Source of the DNA: Acidilobaceae archaeon
GTDB taxonomy: Archaea > Thermoproteota > Thermoprotei_A > Sulfolobales > Acidilobaceae
Direction of reading: 5' to 3'
NCBI GenBank assembly: GCA_038824665.1
Contig: JAWBBK010000005.1
Span: 44,642 to 108,641 of the forward strand
Length of the DNA: 64,000 bases
Below, piece after piece: positions 1 to 9,852 of this stretch (within the stretch, counting starts at the first letter, position 1; the number at the start of each line of letters is the position of its first letter). The notes under the pieces are model-generated. The model saw only the letters and a program-made list of their open reading frames with translations. It had not been told where the DNA came from and made no database searches. The position numbers were made by a program, and so were the translations under genes.

Positions 1-397
1 AGCTCTAGCGTCTTTAGCTTTGATAGTAGTTCTGAGTTCTCTCATAGGAGTAGTGTTAGGAGCGTTCTTCGCTGGCGACGTTAGAGGAGCTCTGACCACA
101 GGATCTTATGCAGGAATAGCTATGGTTGCTCCTCTTTTCCCAATAGTTTTAGGCTATGAACCTCAACCTTTAACTGAAGCGTTATTCGCTCTGTCTCCTG
201 TCTATCTTCCTGCTCGAGCTATGATTTTGTTCCTCAGCGGGTCTTTGTTTGAAGCTCTTCCTTATATGCTCTTCAGCTTTGCCCATATACCTATAGCTAT
301 AGCTTTAGTTTCTTTCGCTTTCAGACCTGCTGTAATAGTGAGCGGAGTTAAAGGACTCATATCTGAACTCAGGATTTACAAAAAGATGAAAAAGTAA
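1..397 (+). CDS. Membrane protein, probably ABC-2 type permease C-terminus (5' partial)
   Basis: Frame is open from the window edge; several hydrophobic helices and a basic C-terminal tail. Confidence 0.5.
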   Translation, partial: ALASLALIVVLSSLIGVVLGAFFAGDVRGALTTGSYAGIAMVAPLFPIVLGYEPQPLTEALFALSPVYLPARAMILFLSGSLFEALPYMLFSFAHIPIAIALVSFAFRPAVIVSGVKGLISELRIYKKMKK

Positions 398-414
398 AGA
401 GGTTCAAAAAAGAC

Positions 415-702
415 TTAATCGGTCTTTCTTCTTTTAACCGCTCTATCGAATATTATCCAGTTTCTATACCATTCTTCATTTTCTTTTCTTAAGAGGTCTA
501 AGATCATTCTAGCGAGCTCTTTCGCCTCTACAGTGTTGACTCCTGATTCGAGTATTCTAGCCTCTACGATCTTAGCTATCTTTCTAGCCACATCAGGTGG
601 AGCTCCAGCCTTAATACAACTAACTACGATCTTCTCAGGAATGAACTCTTCTTGTCTTCCATCTCGTTTGAGAACGGTGATCTTGGTCACGTTCTCAACC
701 AC
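415..702 (-). CDS. Stand-alone ATP-cone domain protein
   Basis: VLKRDGRQEEFIPEKIVVS is the ATP-cone signature (V.KRDG..E.F...KI). Confidence 0.85.
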   Translation of the reverse strand: MVENVTKITVLKRDGRQEEFIPEKIVVSCIKAGAPPDVARKIAKIVEARILESGVNTVEAKELARMILDLLRKENEEWYRNWIIFDRAVKRRKTD

Positions 703-767
703 TTAGATCTCGTTGCTTCTAGAGCTTAATAGCTTCTTCTAAATATGAATCAAGACTAGGGGCTTCT

Positions 768-1544
768 GTGGGCTGTTTCGGTTTAGCCACAGCGTCTAGC
801 AGAGGAGTTGGAAGAGCTCTAGCTGAAGCTCAAGCCTCTTTGTCATGTTCTCTCGTGATATCCTCAAGAGATCTAGAAGAACTCCAAAAGACTGCAGAAG
901 AGATCTCGAAAACCTACGGAGTTGAGGTCTTTCCAATAAGATGTGATTTAAGAAACAAAAAAGACGTAGATGAGCTGATGAGAAAAGCCTTAAAGCTTTT
1001 CGGAAGACTCGATTACGTAACGTTAAGCTATGGCAATCCTTCTCGAGAACCTCTTTATTTACATCAAGCTGAATGGGAGGACTGGATTGAAGCTTCTAAT
1101 CTCTACTTAGCGAGCACTGCTTTCATAATTAGAAGGCTTGTAGAGTTCAACCCTTCTAAAGCTTTAGTTCTAGCTGTAACCAGCTTTAGCGTAGCTGAGC
1201 CTATGAGTCCTCTCATAGTATCGGATACTGTAAGAGCTGGACTTTCGAGACTCTTAAAAATAGCGGCTAGAAGCTATCCAGACAAGCTGAGAACGGTGTT
1301 GTTAGTCTTAGGTAGTTTCGACACTCCTGGAGCTAGAAGAACTATTGAGGAGATCGCTCGTATAAAAGGAGAAGACCCGCTAGAGCTTTGGAGAAGAGAA
1401 GTAGAGCTGAGAAGCCCTTTGAGAAGAGCTGGCACGCTTGACGAACTTAGAGATTTCGTCAGCAAGCTTCTTACATCACCAGAATACTTAACGGGATCTA
1501 TCGTTTTGTTTGATGGAGCTTCTTCTAGAACGGTCTGGCCTTAG
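768..1544 (+). CDS. Short-chain dehydrogenase/reductase, atypical type
   Basis: TASSRGVG nucleotide-binding loop; SxxxR in place of YxxxK; C-terminal YLTGSIVLFDG. Confidence 0.8.
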   Translation: MGCFGLATASSRGVGRALAEAQASLSCSLVISSRDLEELQKTAEEISKTYGVEVFPIRCDLRNKKDVDELMRKALKLFGRLDYVTLSYGNPSREPLYLHQAEWEDWIEASNLYLASTAFIIRRLVEFNPSKALVLAVTSFSVAEPMSPLIVSDTVRAGLSRLLKIAARSYPDKLRTVLLVLGSFDTPGARRTIEEIARIKGEDPLELWRREVELRSPLRRAGTLDELRDFVSKLLTSPEYLTGSIVLFDGASSRTVWP

Positions 1545-1615
1545 AGAAGCCTTCTGTCTTCGTTTATATATGCTTAAGCATATATATGCTCTACGCTTTG
1601 CTGTTATCGTTTTAG

Positions 1616-1933
1616 GTGTTCAAAATGGTCTCGCCGCATCCAATAAACGCTGTGATGGTAGGAAGCAAGCCTACATCTAACTACGTGATAGCTGCTGTGA
1701 GAATGCTCAGTCAAGAAGGCTTTAACGAAGTAGTAGTGAAAGCTCGTGGAAGCAATATAGCCAAAGCTGTAGAAGTCGTTGTTAGAGTACAGAGAGTTCT
1801 TCCCTCTATCAGCATAAAGCACATAAACATCTTCAGCGAATACCATAAAGACAGTAGCGGTAGGACTAGAAGATTTTCAGCTATAGAAATAGTCATAGCT
1901 AGAGAAGCGATACAGAAGTCAGAGCGCTCCTAA
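1616..1933 (+). CDS. alba: Alba family DNA/RNA-binding protein
   Basis: VGSKP..NYV, VVKARGSNIAKAVEV and SAIEIVI are Alba motifs; TTTATATA upstream at about 1563. Confidence 0.85.
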   Translation: MFKMVSPHPINAVMVGSKPTSNYVIAAVRMLSQEGFNEVVVKARGSNIAKAVEVVVRVQRVLPSISIKHINIFSEYHKDSSGRTRRFSAIEIVIAREAIQKSERS

Positions 1934-1962
1934 TGCTGGTCACAAAGCTCAAAAGACTTTTT

Positions 1963-1997
1963 ATAGCGAGTTCGTTGGGATTTGAGTTCAGGACTTC
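1963..1997 (-). repeat. Degenerate copy of the tRNA-Arg 3' end (putative att site)
   Basis: atagcgagttcgttgggatttgagttcaggacttc aligns without gaps to atagcgggcccgccgggatttgaacccgggacctc (5277-5311), 25/35 identical, all mismatches are transitions. Confidence 0.65.
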
Positions 1998-2460
1998 TAC
2001 ATTAGGGGGATTGAAGGTTCTAGCACGCTACACAAGCTGAAACGTCAACGTATAGCTAAAGGCGAACGAAGATATTCCTCTTTGAAGTCTGAAACGTCAA
2101 CGCTAACTGACGAACACTAGGGCATAGAGCTTTAAGTCAGCTACTTAAAGTCGTTATACATATAGTGAAGCGCGACAATCCAGGCATATATGCCCGTAAA
2201 GTACGTTTTGAACAACGAAATACGTAAGATAATCTCTATGGTTAGAATCTATTCCATCAAGACGTGGAATAAGAAGAAAACTCTATGCAACATACTGAAA
2301 AGTGTTGTTAATGCTTAAGTTACCGAAGTCTTTTTGACTAAGTAAGCATTAAAGACTACGTAATCTTTTTTGGCTGACTAAGACCTTCGTTCGTCTCATT
2401 AGAGTGGAGATACAGCTTTGACTTCCCATGTGTGATTTAATGTAGACGAATCCTTGGCAT

Positions 2461-2685
2461 TTGGCGAACTCGCATAGAAAATTTTTAAAGGTGCATGCTA
2501 TAATAGAATATGGGATATTAGATATGGGATTAGATATGAAAAAGTGGGCATTAAATTGGCTAAGAGGATCTGTAAGAAGCTATTTAGATGGTGGAACGAG
2601 TAAGAAAATAGTACTGGGTAGAATGAGAAAATGTTATGAACATTATGGAGTGTCCCTTCATGAGATAAGTACTAGTAGCTCATAA
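2461..2685 (+). pseudogene. Small hypothetical ORF, probably a truncated remnant
   Basis: Protein-like segment MKKWALNWLRGSVRSYLDG.. inside the islet, ending abruptly. Confidence 0.35.
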
Positions 2686-2869
2686 CGTTACCTCTGCAAT
2701 TAGTTGCGCTAATAAGAACTCAAAACCGAAGACTCAATGAGCAGTTGCATTAAGACGGAACCTTCGAGGATTTAATAAGCTTATAGCGCTATACACGTTT
2801 TCATGTTTATATATATAGTTCTAACGACGTGCTAGTATAGGGGCTCTACTTTAACTAGGTGTTTAAAAA

Positions 2870-3796
2870 ATGATATTAGTCGTTAGAAACTAAGTGAAGT
2901 ACTTAGATTCACGAAAAGTTCTTGATGACGTTTCGTGGATGATAGAGACACCTGGCGTATACAGCTTGCTTGGTCCTAACGGAGCAGGTAAAACTACTCT
3001 ACTCAGCATAGTAAGCGGAGTGATGAACTTCGATAAAGGAGAGGTACGCGTTAAAGGTTTACCGCCTAGCGACCCAATTGCACGAAGAGCGATTGGCTAC
3101 TGTCCTCAAGAGTCTGGCTTAATAGATAATATATCGGGATACGATAACGCATTATTCTATGGCAGACTATATGGCTTAACTACAAACGAGATCGTCAAAA
3201 AGACGAAGAACATAGCTGAATCGTTAGGTCTGAAAGACTCGGATCTGAAAATGAAAGTTGGAAAGTACAGTGGCGGCATGAAGAAAAAGCTAGCGCTAGC
3301 TGTTTCACTACTTCACGATCCTGAAGTACTTGTACTAGATGAGCCTACAGCAGGACTAGACCCCGGTATTCGTCGAGACGTATGGGATTTAATACTCAAG
3401 CTTCGAGAAGAAGGTAAAACAATAGTTCTAGCTACTCACTACATGGACGAAGCGGACAGACTATCAGACCGGGTTGCGATAATTGACCGCGGAAAGATAC
3501 TTGTAGAAGGAAAGCCTGTAGAGCTTAAGGAAAAGTATGGACCTCCTTCCGTAGTAGAGCTAGTCTTTGAGAATGAAGCGTCTCCTGTAGTAACAGATAT
3601 CATTGAGAAATACACCGCTAAACACTATATTGAAGGGAAAACAGCTAGATTGCATCTAGATGAACCCGATAAGCATCTTCCAATGTTAATGGGAGAACTC
3701 TTCTCTAAAGGGTATTACATAGTAGAGTTTAGACTCGCTAAGCCCACTCTCGAAGACGTTTTCTTAAAGCTGACTGGTAGGAGGTTAAGAGAATGA
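2870..3796 (+). CDS. ABC exporter ATP-binding subunit (CcmA/DrrA-like) with an in-frame TAA at codon 8
   Basis: Walker A GPNGAGKT, signature YSGGM, Walker B LVLDEP; the ATG at 2870 reads MILVVRN*VKYL; a GTG restart is possible at 2894. Confidence 0.85.
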
Positions 3797-5100
3797 TGTG
3801 GATCAAGCAGATCTATGCGTTTATTGTACGCGACCTTAAAATCGTTATAGCCGATAAGGTAGCGTTGTTCTGGCTCTTGTTATGGCCTATACTTTTGATC
3901 ATGTTATTAACGTATGTACTTGTACCTCCAGGAACTACATCGCCTATAAAGCTAGCTGTAGGAGTGGTAAACTACGATACTGAGATTGAAGGGCTATACC
4001 TTACAGGCGTACAGTTCGTAGAAATAATGTCGAACGTAAGTTATAGAGGAGAGCGAATTTTCGATGTGAAGAACTATAGCGATAAAGCTTCATTAATAAG
4101 TGATCTGAAGAAAGGCAAGTTAGACGTAGGAATAGTGATCCCTGCGAACTTCTCATCTAATCTAACGTTCGGCACCGCTAGAATGGACGTATTTATTGGC
4201 GCTAGAGACCCCTACTCTGCGTCAATCAGCTACGGTGTAATTAACGGCTTTCTAAACGAGTTCTCGCGTAGAGTGGGCTTAATTAAAGCTAACGTTACGT
4301 TGCTCTATTTCGAGGAGTCATTGAAGTACATTAATCAAAGCCACGTTCTACCGGATACGACTCTCTCAGAACTCGTAGAGACCGTTAAGACATATATTTA
4401 CGGTATGGCGTTACCGCTAAACGTTACATACGAAGAGGTTAAACCTGAAGCTCTTGCTACCAGAGCTAACATAATCGGCTGGTATACAATTGGAGCAATG
4501 GGCATGATGTTTCTTTACGCAGGCTTTTCGCGAGGAGCTACGATCGTTTACGAAGAGAAAGCTTACGGTACGCTTAGAAGAATACTAGCGTCACCTATAA
4601 CGCCACGCGTGTTGGTCATAGCGCTAATTCTGTCAAACATGATCGTTTTGCTCTTATCGGCTCCACTGATTCTGCTAGCGGGAGTATACATTGCTGGCGC
4701 TAACATATCGTTTAATCCCGCTAACCCCGTCCACTGGCTCATACCTATACTTCTCATTATAGCTGCTTTCATGAGCATAGGAACAGGTCTTATTCTCTCG
4801 CTATTTGTCAAAACGTTGAGAGGTGGAGCGAGTCTCGGCACTGGACTTGGACTAGTGTTGTCTTTCACTACAGGAATATGGTTTCCCAGAACGTGGTTAC
4901 CTTCATGGTTGCAATTAATTGCTGACTACTTCCCATTCACGTGGGTTATTGACACCATTAGGAACATCGTGATATACGATGCCAGCCTCAACGACATATG
5001 GTTAGACCTCGTTAAGATATTGGTTGCGCTAATAATCGTTATCTCTGCAGATATAGTTGTTTATAAAGTAAAGATAAGAAACGTGATTACAAGTTATTGA
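3793..5100 (+). CDS. ABC-2 type exporter permease
   Basis: N-terminal TM helix, large extracellular loop, 5 C-terminal TM helices, EEKAYGTLRRILASP motif; overlaps the ATPase stop. Confidence 0.85.
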   Translation: MMWIKQIYAFIVRDLKIVIADKVALFWLLLWPILLIMLLTYVLVPPGTTSPIKLAVGVVNYDTEIEGLYLTGVQFVEIMSNVSYRGERIFDVKNYSDKASLISDLKKGKLDVGIVIPANFSSNLTFGTARMDVFIGARDPYSASISYGVINGFLNEFSRRVGLIKANVTLLYFEESLKYINQSHVLPDTTLSELVETVKTYIYGMALPLNVTYEEVKPEALATRANIIGWYTIGAMGMMFLYAGFSRGATIVYEEKAYGTLRRILASPITPRVLVIALILSNMIVLLLSAPLILLAGVYIAGANISFNPANPVHWLIPILLIIAAFMSIGTGLILSLFVKTLRGGASLGTGLGLVLSFTTGIWFPRTWLPSWLQLIADYFPFTWVIDTIRNIVIYDASLNDIWLDLVKILVALIIVISADIVVYKVKIRNVITSY

Positions 5101-5280
5101 GAGTGATGAGGAAATCGTTTAACTCATCAGCGATCGCGTAAACGATAAGCTCACAGCTCGATATTGTATATAGGTCGTTTCGTTTTGGTTTTCCCGATTG
5201 TCTGAGGTGTTCTTACGGATTCCGAAAAACATACCTGAAAGCTTGTAAGAACATCATGTTTTCAAAAGATATCAAAATAG

Positions 5281-5356
5281 CGGGCCCGCCGGGATTTGAA
5301 CCCGGGACCTCCGGCTTAGAAGGCCGGCGCTCTAGTCCTGGCTGAGCTACGGGCCC
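5281..5356 (-). tRNA. tRNA-Arg(TCT)
   Basis: Cloverleaf GGGCCCG..; anticodon arm CCGGC-CTTCTAA-GCCGG; T-loop TTCAAAT; CCA not encoded. Confidence 0.95.
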
Positions 5357-5418
5357 GATAGCCTTATGTTGTGGAGGCTTAAAAAGCTAGGAGCGACAGC
5401 GGTTTAGAAAAGGTATAG

Positions 5419-5476
5419 CTCAGATGAGGATAGCTCGATTAACTGAGATGTGATGATGGTTTCTGGTGCCGACTGC
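5419..5476 (+). ncRNA. Candidate C/D box sRNA
   Basis: C-like AGATGA (5422), D' CTGA (5443), C' TGATGA (5451) and D-like CCGA (5469), with 12-15 nt guides. Confidence 0.5.
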
Positions 5477-5497
5477 TTCGAATTCTTAAAGAGATCT

Positions 5498-6253
5498 TCA
5501 GATAGGAGGAGAGAGATAGCTTGTCTTGTCTAAAAGACCTGCCTCCTTGAAAGCTTTAGCTCTGTTTCTACAACTCTCGCACTCTCCACAATGAGCTTCA
5601 AGGCTTCTGTAGCAACTCCAGGTCTCGTAGACCAGGTCTCCTATTAGTTTGTGACATAATTTCAAGAGCTCTGACTTTCTCAGCTCTTCTCTGCTCGGAC
5701 TCCAGACCTCTAAACCTCTCTCTCTTCTGAAATGACATAGTCTGAACGCGAGCTCAAGAGACTCGATACACTCAGGACTACAGTCAGGATACTTGGGCTC
5801 CCAAGTGTCCTCTTTCGGCTCGATATCGTTATACTGTCCTCCAAACACTACGTAGACCTTTTCAGATTTCTTTATAGATAGCGCATATGCTGAAGCTACA
5901 GCTAACATAACGACGTTTCTAAGAGGAACCACTACGGAGACCTCGTACTCTTCTTTTACGCGGACCTCGTCATCAGTTAATTGAAAGCCTTTCCAGAGCT
6001 CTCTCAAAAGCTTCATATCGATAACTTTATGTTCTACGATCTCTCCCCATCCTTTCTTTATCGCTACTTCTTTAAGCTTAGAGACAAGACCTTTAGCGAT
6101 ATCTATTTCCTTGAATCCCTTTTGTCCATAATTGAAAGTGATAACGTGAGCGTTACATCCTCTGCTAAGCCACAAAGCTAAGTAACATAAACTATCGGGA
6201 CCGCCGCTTACAATAGCTACGACCTCACAGTCTTTTACTATCTGGGGCTTCAA
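5498..6253 (-). CDS. queC: 7-cyano-7-deazaguanine synthase
   Basis: SGGPDS PP-loop, FNYGQ, VPLRN, YPDC and C-terminal [11 protein letters not shown]. Confidence 0.92.
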   Translation of the reverse strand: MKPQIVKDCEVVAIVSGGPDSLCYLALWLSRGCNAHVITFNYGQKGFKEIDIAKGLVSKLKEVAIKKGWGEIVEHKVIDMKLLRELWKGFQLTDDEVRVKEEYEVSVVVPLRNVVMLAVASAYALSIKKSEKVYVVFGGQYNDIEPKEDTWEPKYPDCSPECIESLELAFRLCHFRRERGLEVWSPSREELRKSELLKLCHKLIGDLVYETWSCYRSLEAHCGECESCRNRAKAFKEAGLLDKTSYLSPPI

Positions 6254-6429
6254 CTAAGCCACCGCTTTCCGCTTTTTCTAATTGAGCTTATAATAAGACC
6301 TGTTGTCTGCTTAAAGACGAGGCTATAGACAAAAGGTGATCGCGTTGCTTAGAAAAACCGTTTCCGTAACTCTCTTAAGCTGTGGGCTACTGGTGGGCTT
6401 TCTTAGCGTCGCTAAAGCGGGTGCGCGAC

Positions 6430-7659
6430 TTGACTCTGACTTACAACATATTGAGTAAAAAAGCTGGAAGAAGCGTGTCACCGGGAGAAGTAGTAGACGT
6501 AGCTGTAGACGTGATCGCATTTCACGACCTAACAGGTCATCACGTCATAGAGGTCTTAGAGAAAGCAGGAGTCAAAAGGCTTTGTGGACTCGATAAGCTT
6601 GTAGTCGTTTTCGACCATCTAGTTCCGCCTCCTGACGTTAGAAGCGCTGAACTACAGAAAAGGATCAGAGAGTTTGTAAGAAAACACTCTGTTGAGAAGT
6701 TCCACGATTATGGCTATGGCATAATGCATCAAGTAATTCTTGAAGAAGTAGTTCTTCCAGGTCAAGTAGTAGTCGGCGCTGACAGTCATACTTGTACTGC
6801 TGGAGCTCTGGGAGCTTTCGCTCAAGGACTAGGAGCTAGCGACGTAGCTCTAGCCTTAGCGAGAGGTAGAGTCTGGTTAACCGTTCCAGAAGCTGTTGCG
6901 TTCAAGCTTTCAGGACAGCTTAAAGAGTTCGTTACAGGAAAAGAGGTTGCGCTCGAGATGATAAGAAGATTTGGTTTAAACTTCTTCAACAGAAGATCAG
7001 TAGAGGTCTTTGTTGAAGAGCCTAACGCTATGCCTATAGATTATAGAGCTACGCTAGCTAACATGGGTATCGAAATGAACGCTGATGCTCTAATAGTGGT
7101 TCCCGACGCTCTAACGCTCTCGTTTATAGAGAAAACACGAGGATGGACTCCACCTCTTCCAGAGTTCTCACTAGATGGGTATTCTGAAAAAGTCGAAATC
7201 GAGCTGTCTAAAGTGGAGTTTCTAATAGCGGCGCCACCGACTATAGACAACGTGAAAAACGTTGAAGAAGTTGAAGGACTAGAAGTAGATTACGTTTTCT
7301 TAGGCTCATGTACTAATGGAAGGCTGAGCGACTTAGAGATAGCCGCGAGACTGCTAAAAGGGAAGAAAGTTAAAACTAGGTGTATCGTCATACCGGCCTC
7401 TAAGAGGATATTCCTAGAGGCTCTGAGAAAAGGCTACATAGAGGTTCTTACAGAAGCTGGTTGTATAGTTACTCATAGCACTTGTGGTCCCTGTCTAGGC
7501 GGACATTTCGGTATAGCTGGACCGAAAGAAGTAGTGGTCTCAACATCAAATAGAAACTTCACAGGAAGAATGGGTAGTCCTGAAGCAAAAGTCTATGTAG
7601 CTGGACCTGCTGTAGCTGCAGTCTCGGCAGCAGAAGGCAGGATCTCAAGCCCTAGGTGA
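6430..7659 (+). CDS. leuC: 3-isopropylmalate dehydratase large subunit
   Basis: DSHTCTAGA, GSCTNGR, CGPCLG and STSNRNF motifs; TTG start at 6430 after GGGTG preferred over 6382. Confidence 0.92.
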   Translation: MTLTYNILSKKAGRSVSPGEVVDVAVDVIAFHDLTGHHVIEVLEKAGVKRLCGLDKLVVVFDHLVPPPDVRSAELQKRIREFVRKHSVEKFHDYGYGIMHQVILEEVVLPGQVVVGADSHTCTAGALGAFAQGLGASDVALALARGRVWLTVPEAVAFKLSGQLKEFVTGKEVALEMIRRFGLNFFNRRSVEVFVEEPNAMPIDYRATLANMGIEMNADALIVVPDALTLSFIEKTRGWTPPLPEFSLDGYSEKVEIELSKVEFLIAAPPTIDNVKNVEEVEGLEVDYVFLGSCTNGRLSDLEIAARLLKGKKVKTRCIVIPASKRIFLEALRKGYIEVLTEAGCIVTHSTCGPCLGGHFGIAGPKEVVVSTSNRNFTGRMGSPEAKVYVAGPAVAAVSAAEGRISSPR

Positions 7660-7665
7660 TCACAC

Positions 7666-8181
7666 ATGATCGTAACTGGAAAAGTCGTAAGAGTAGGCGA
7701 TAACATCGATACTGATTTAATCATACCGGCAAAGCATCTGAAGTACACAGACCCTAGCTATCTAGCTGAACACGTGTTTGAAGCTATGGGTGAAGACTTT
7801 AGGAAAAAGCTAAAAGGAGCAGTGATCGTAGCTGGAAGAGCTTTCGGAATAGGCTCTTCTAGAGAACAAGCAGCGATAGCTCTCAAGGCTGCAGGAGTAG
7901 TAGCTGTGCTTGCTGAGTCCTTCTCAAGGATATTTTATAGAAACGCCATAAATAACGGTCTTCCTGTTCTTGAGTGCGACCCACGAACGTTAAGTCTTCT
8001 CCAAGAGGGCAACGAAGTCTCTATAGATATCGAAAAAGGCATCGCTAGCTCAGCTGAGATAGTTGTGATGTGTAAACCTATAAGGGGACTGGTTTTAGAC
8101 ATATTGAGAAAAGGAGGACTGATAAGCTATCTGAAAGAGCTATCTACTGAAGAGGAGAACGCTCGGAGTTGTCTAGCTTAA
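7666..8181 (+). CDS. leuD: 3-isopropylmalate dehydratase small subunit
   Basis: [21 protein letters not shown] and [12 protein letters not shown] motifs. Confidence 0.93.
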   Translation: MIVTGKVVRVGDNIDTDLIIPAKHLKYTDPSYLAEHVFEAMGEDFRKKLKGAVIVAGRAFGIGSSREQAAIALKAAGVVAVLAESFSRIFYRNAINNGLPVLECDPRTLSLLQEGNEVSIDIEKGIASSAEIVVMCKPIRGLVLDILRKGGLISYLKELSTEEENARSCLA

Positions 8182-9852
8182 AACCGCTCCTCTGCTTGCT
8201 GAAGCAGCTTGTTTAGAATATCTGTAAAGAATTCCTCTAAGCTTTCGCTGAGGCGGTTTCCAAGTCTCTCTTCTCTTTTTCATCTCCTCCTCGTCTACAT
8301 ATACCTCAAGCTTCTTCTTCTCAAGATCTATCTCTATCATATCCCCATCCTCTACGAAAGCTATAGGACCTCCTTCTGCTGCCTCAGGCGATACATGCCC
8401 AACAGCTATTCCTCTAGTAGCGCCCGAAAACCTGCCGTCAGTAACTAAGGCTACATCAGTATCAAGCCCCATGCCTACAAGCGTTGCTGTCACCATCAAC
8501 ATCTCCCTCATTCCAGGACCTCCTTTAGGTCCCTCATATCTTATTACTACTACGTCTCCTCTCTCGATCTTACCCTCAGCGATAGCTCTAGAGGCTTCTT
8601 CTTCTGAGTTGAAGACCTTAGCTGAACCTTTGAACCTCTTAAGACCAGGTCGTATAGCTGAGATCTTGACTAGAGCCCCTTCAGGAGCTAGATTGCCTTT
8701 GAGAACTACTATAGCGCCTCTTGGGCTTATAGGGTCTTCTACAGGTCTGATCACATCTCTTCGTGTAATCGTTGCCGCTTTCACTATATCTCTAACTGTG
8801 TTCAGAGATACCGTTATCCTTTCTAGATGAATCAAATTGAGCTTACTTAGCTCTTTCATAACAGCAGGCACTCCGCCTGCTTCATGAAGGTCTTCAAGAT
8901 AATGAACACCGTTAGGACTTATAGTAGCCAATATAGGCGTTCTTTCAGATACTTCATCGAAATCGTCTAGACTTAAGTCTACGCCAGCTTCTTTAGCTAT
9001 AGACATTAAGTGTAATACTGCGTTAGTCGAGCCTCCTAGAGCTGCATCAACAGCTATAGCGTCAAGAAACGCCTCTCTCGTTAGTATAGAGCTAGGTCTT
9101 AGGTCTCTTTCGACTAACTTTACAACTAACATTCCAGCCTTTTTAGCTAATCTTAGTCTAGCCGCGTCTACAGCTGGGATCGTACCGTTACCTGGTAATG
9201 CTATGCCTAACGCTTCGCTCAGAACTCCCATAGTGTTAGCCGTATAGAGTCCAGCACAAGAACCTACTCCTGGACAAGCGCTTTCTTCTAAAACTTTGAG
9301 GTCTTCTAAACTCGTTCTGCCAGCTCTCACAGCTCCTACAGCTTCGAATACGGTCTTAATGTCAGCTCTTCCTCCTTTAAACCTTCCGGTAAGCATAGGA
9401 CCTCCGTTCACTAATATCGCAGGTATGTCGAGACGTGCCATAGCCATCATCATGCCAGGCGTTATCTTATCGCAAGACCCTATCAGCACAAGACCGTCCA
9501 ATCTGTAAGCTTCTACCATGACTTCTATAGAGTCCGCTATCACTTCTCTTGAGGGCAACGAGTATTTCATTCCTTCGTGACCCATAGCTATCCCATCGCA
9601 GAGTCCTATCGTATTGAACTCTAAGGGAGTGCCTCCCGCTATTCTTATCCCGGCTTTCACGGCTTCCGCTAGCTCTCTGAGGTGTTTATGTCCTGGCACT
9701 AGCTCGTTCCATGAGTTAGCGATCCCTATTAAAGGTCTCGAGAGTTCTTCCTCAGTCATCCCTAAAGCCTTGAATAGAGTTCTATGCGGAGCTCTCTCTA
9801 GTCCTTCGACTACTTCTCTGCTTCTAAAACGACGATCAGCCATAGACCTCAC
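8173..9852 (-). CDS. ilvD: Dihydroxy-acid dehydratase
   Basis: [28 protein letters not shown] and TDGRFSG motifs. Confidence 0.95.
   Translation of the reverse strand: MRSMADRRFRSREVVEGLERAPHRTLFKALGMTEEELSRPLIGIANSWNELVPGHKHLRELAEAVKAGIRIAGGTPLEFNTIGLCDGIAMGHEGMKYSLPSREVIADSIEVMVEAYRLDGLVLIGSCDKITPGMMMAMARLDIPAILVNGGPMLTGRFKGGRADIKTVFEAVGAVRAGRTSLEDLKVLEESACPGVGSCAGLYTANTMGVLSEALGIALPGNGTIPAVDAARLRLAKKAGMLVVKLVERDLRPSSILTREAFLDAIAVDAALGGSTNAVLHLMSIAKEAGVDLSLDDFDEVSERTPILATISPNGVHYLEDLHEAGGVPAVMKELSKLNLIHLERITVSLNTVRDIVKAATITRRDVIRPVEDPISPRGAIVVLKGNLAPEGALVKISAIRPGLKRFKGSAKVFNSEEEASRAIAEGKIERGDVVVIRYEGPKGGPGMREMLMVTATLVGMGLDTDVALVTDGRFSGATRGIAVGHVSPEAAEGGPIAFVEDGDMIEIDLEKKKLEVYVDEEEMKKRRETWKPPQRKLRGILYRYSKQAASASRGAVLS

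Larger units (their letters stand above)
1963..5311. mobile_element. Putative decayed genomic islet integrated at tRNA-Arg
   Basis: Bounded by the tRNA 3' end and its degenerate direct repeat; composition looks different from the flanks; contains ORF remnants and an ABC exporter; no integrase seen. Confidence 0.5.

Noticed and set aside
2037-2102. Possible mini-CRISPR
   Set aside because: Only two 14-bp copies, with no cas genes or leader
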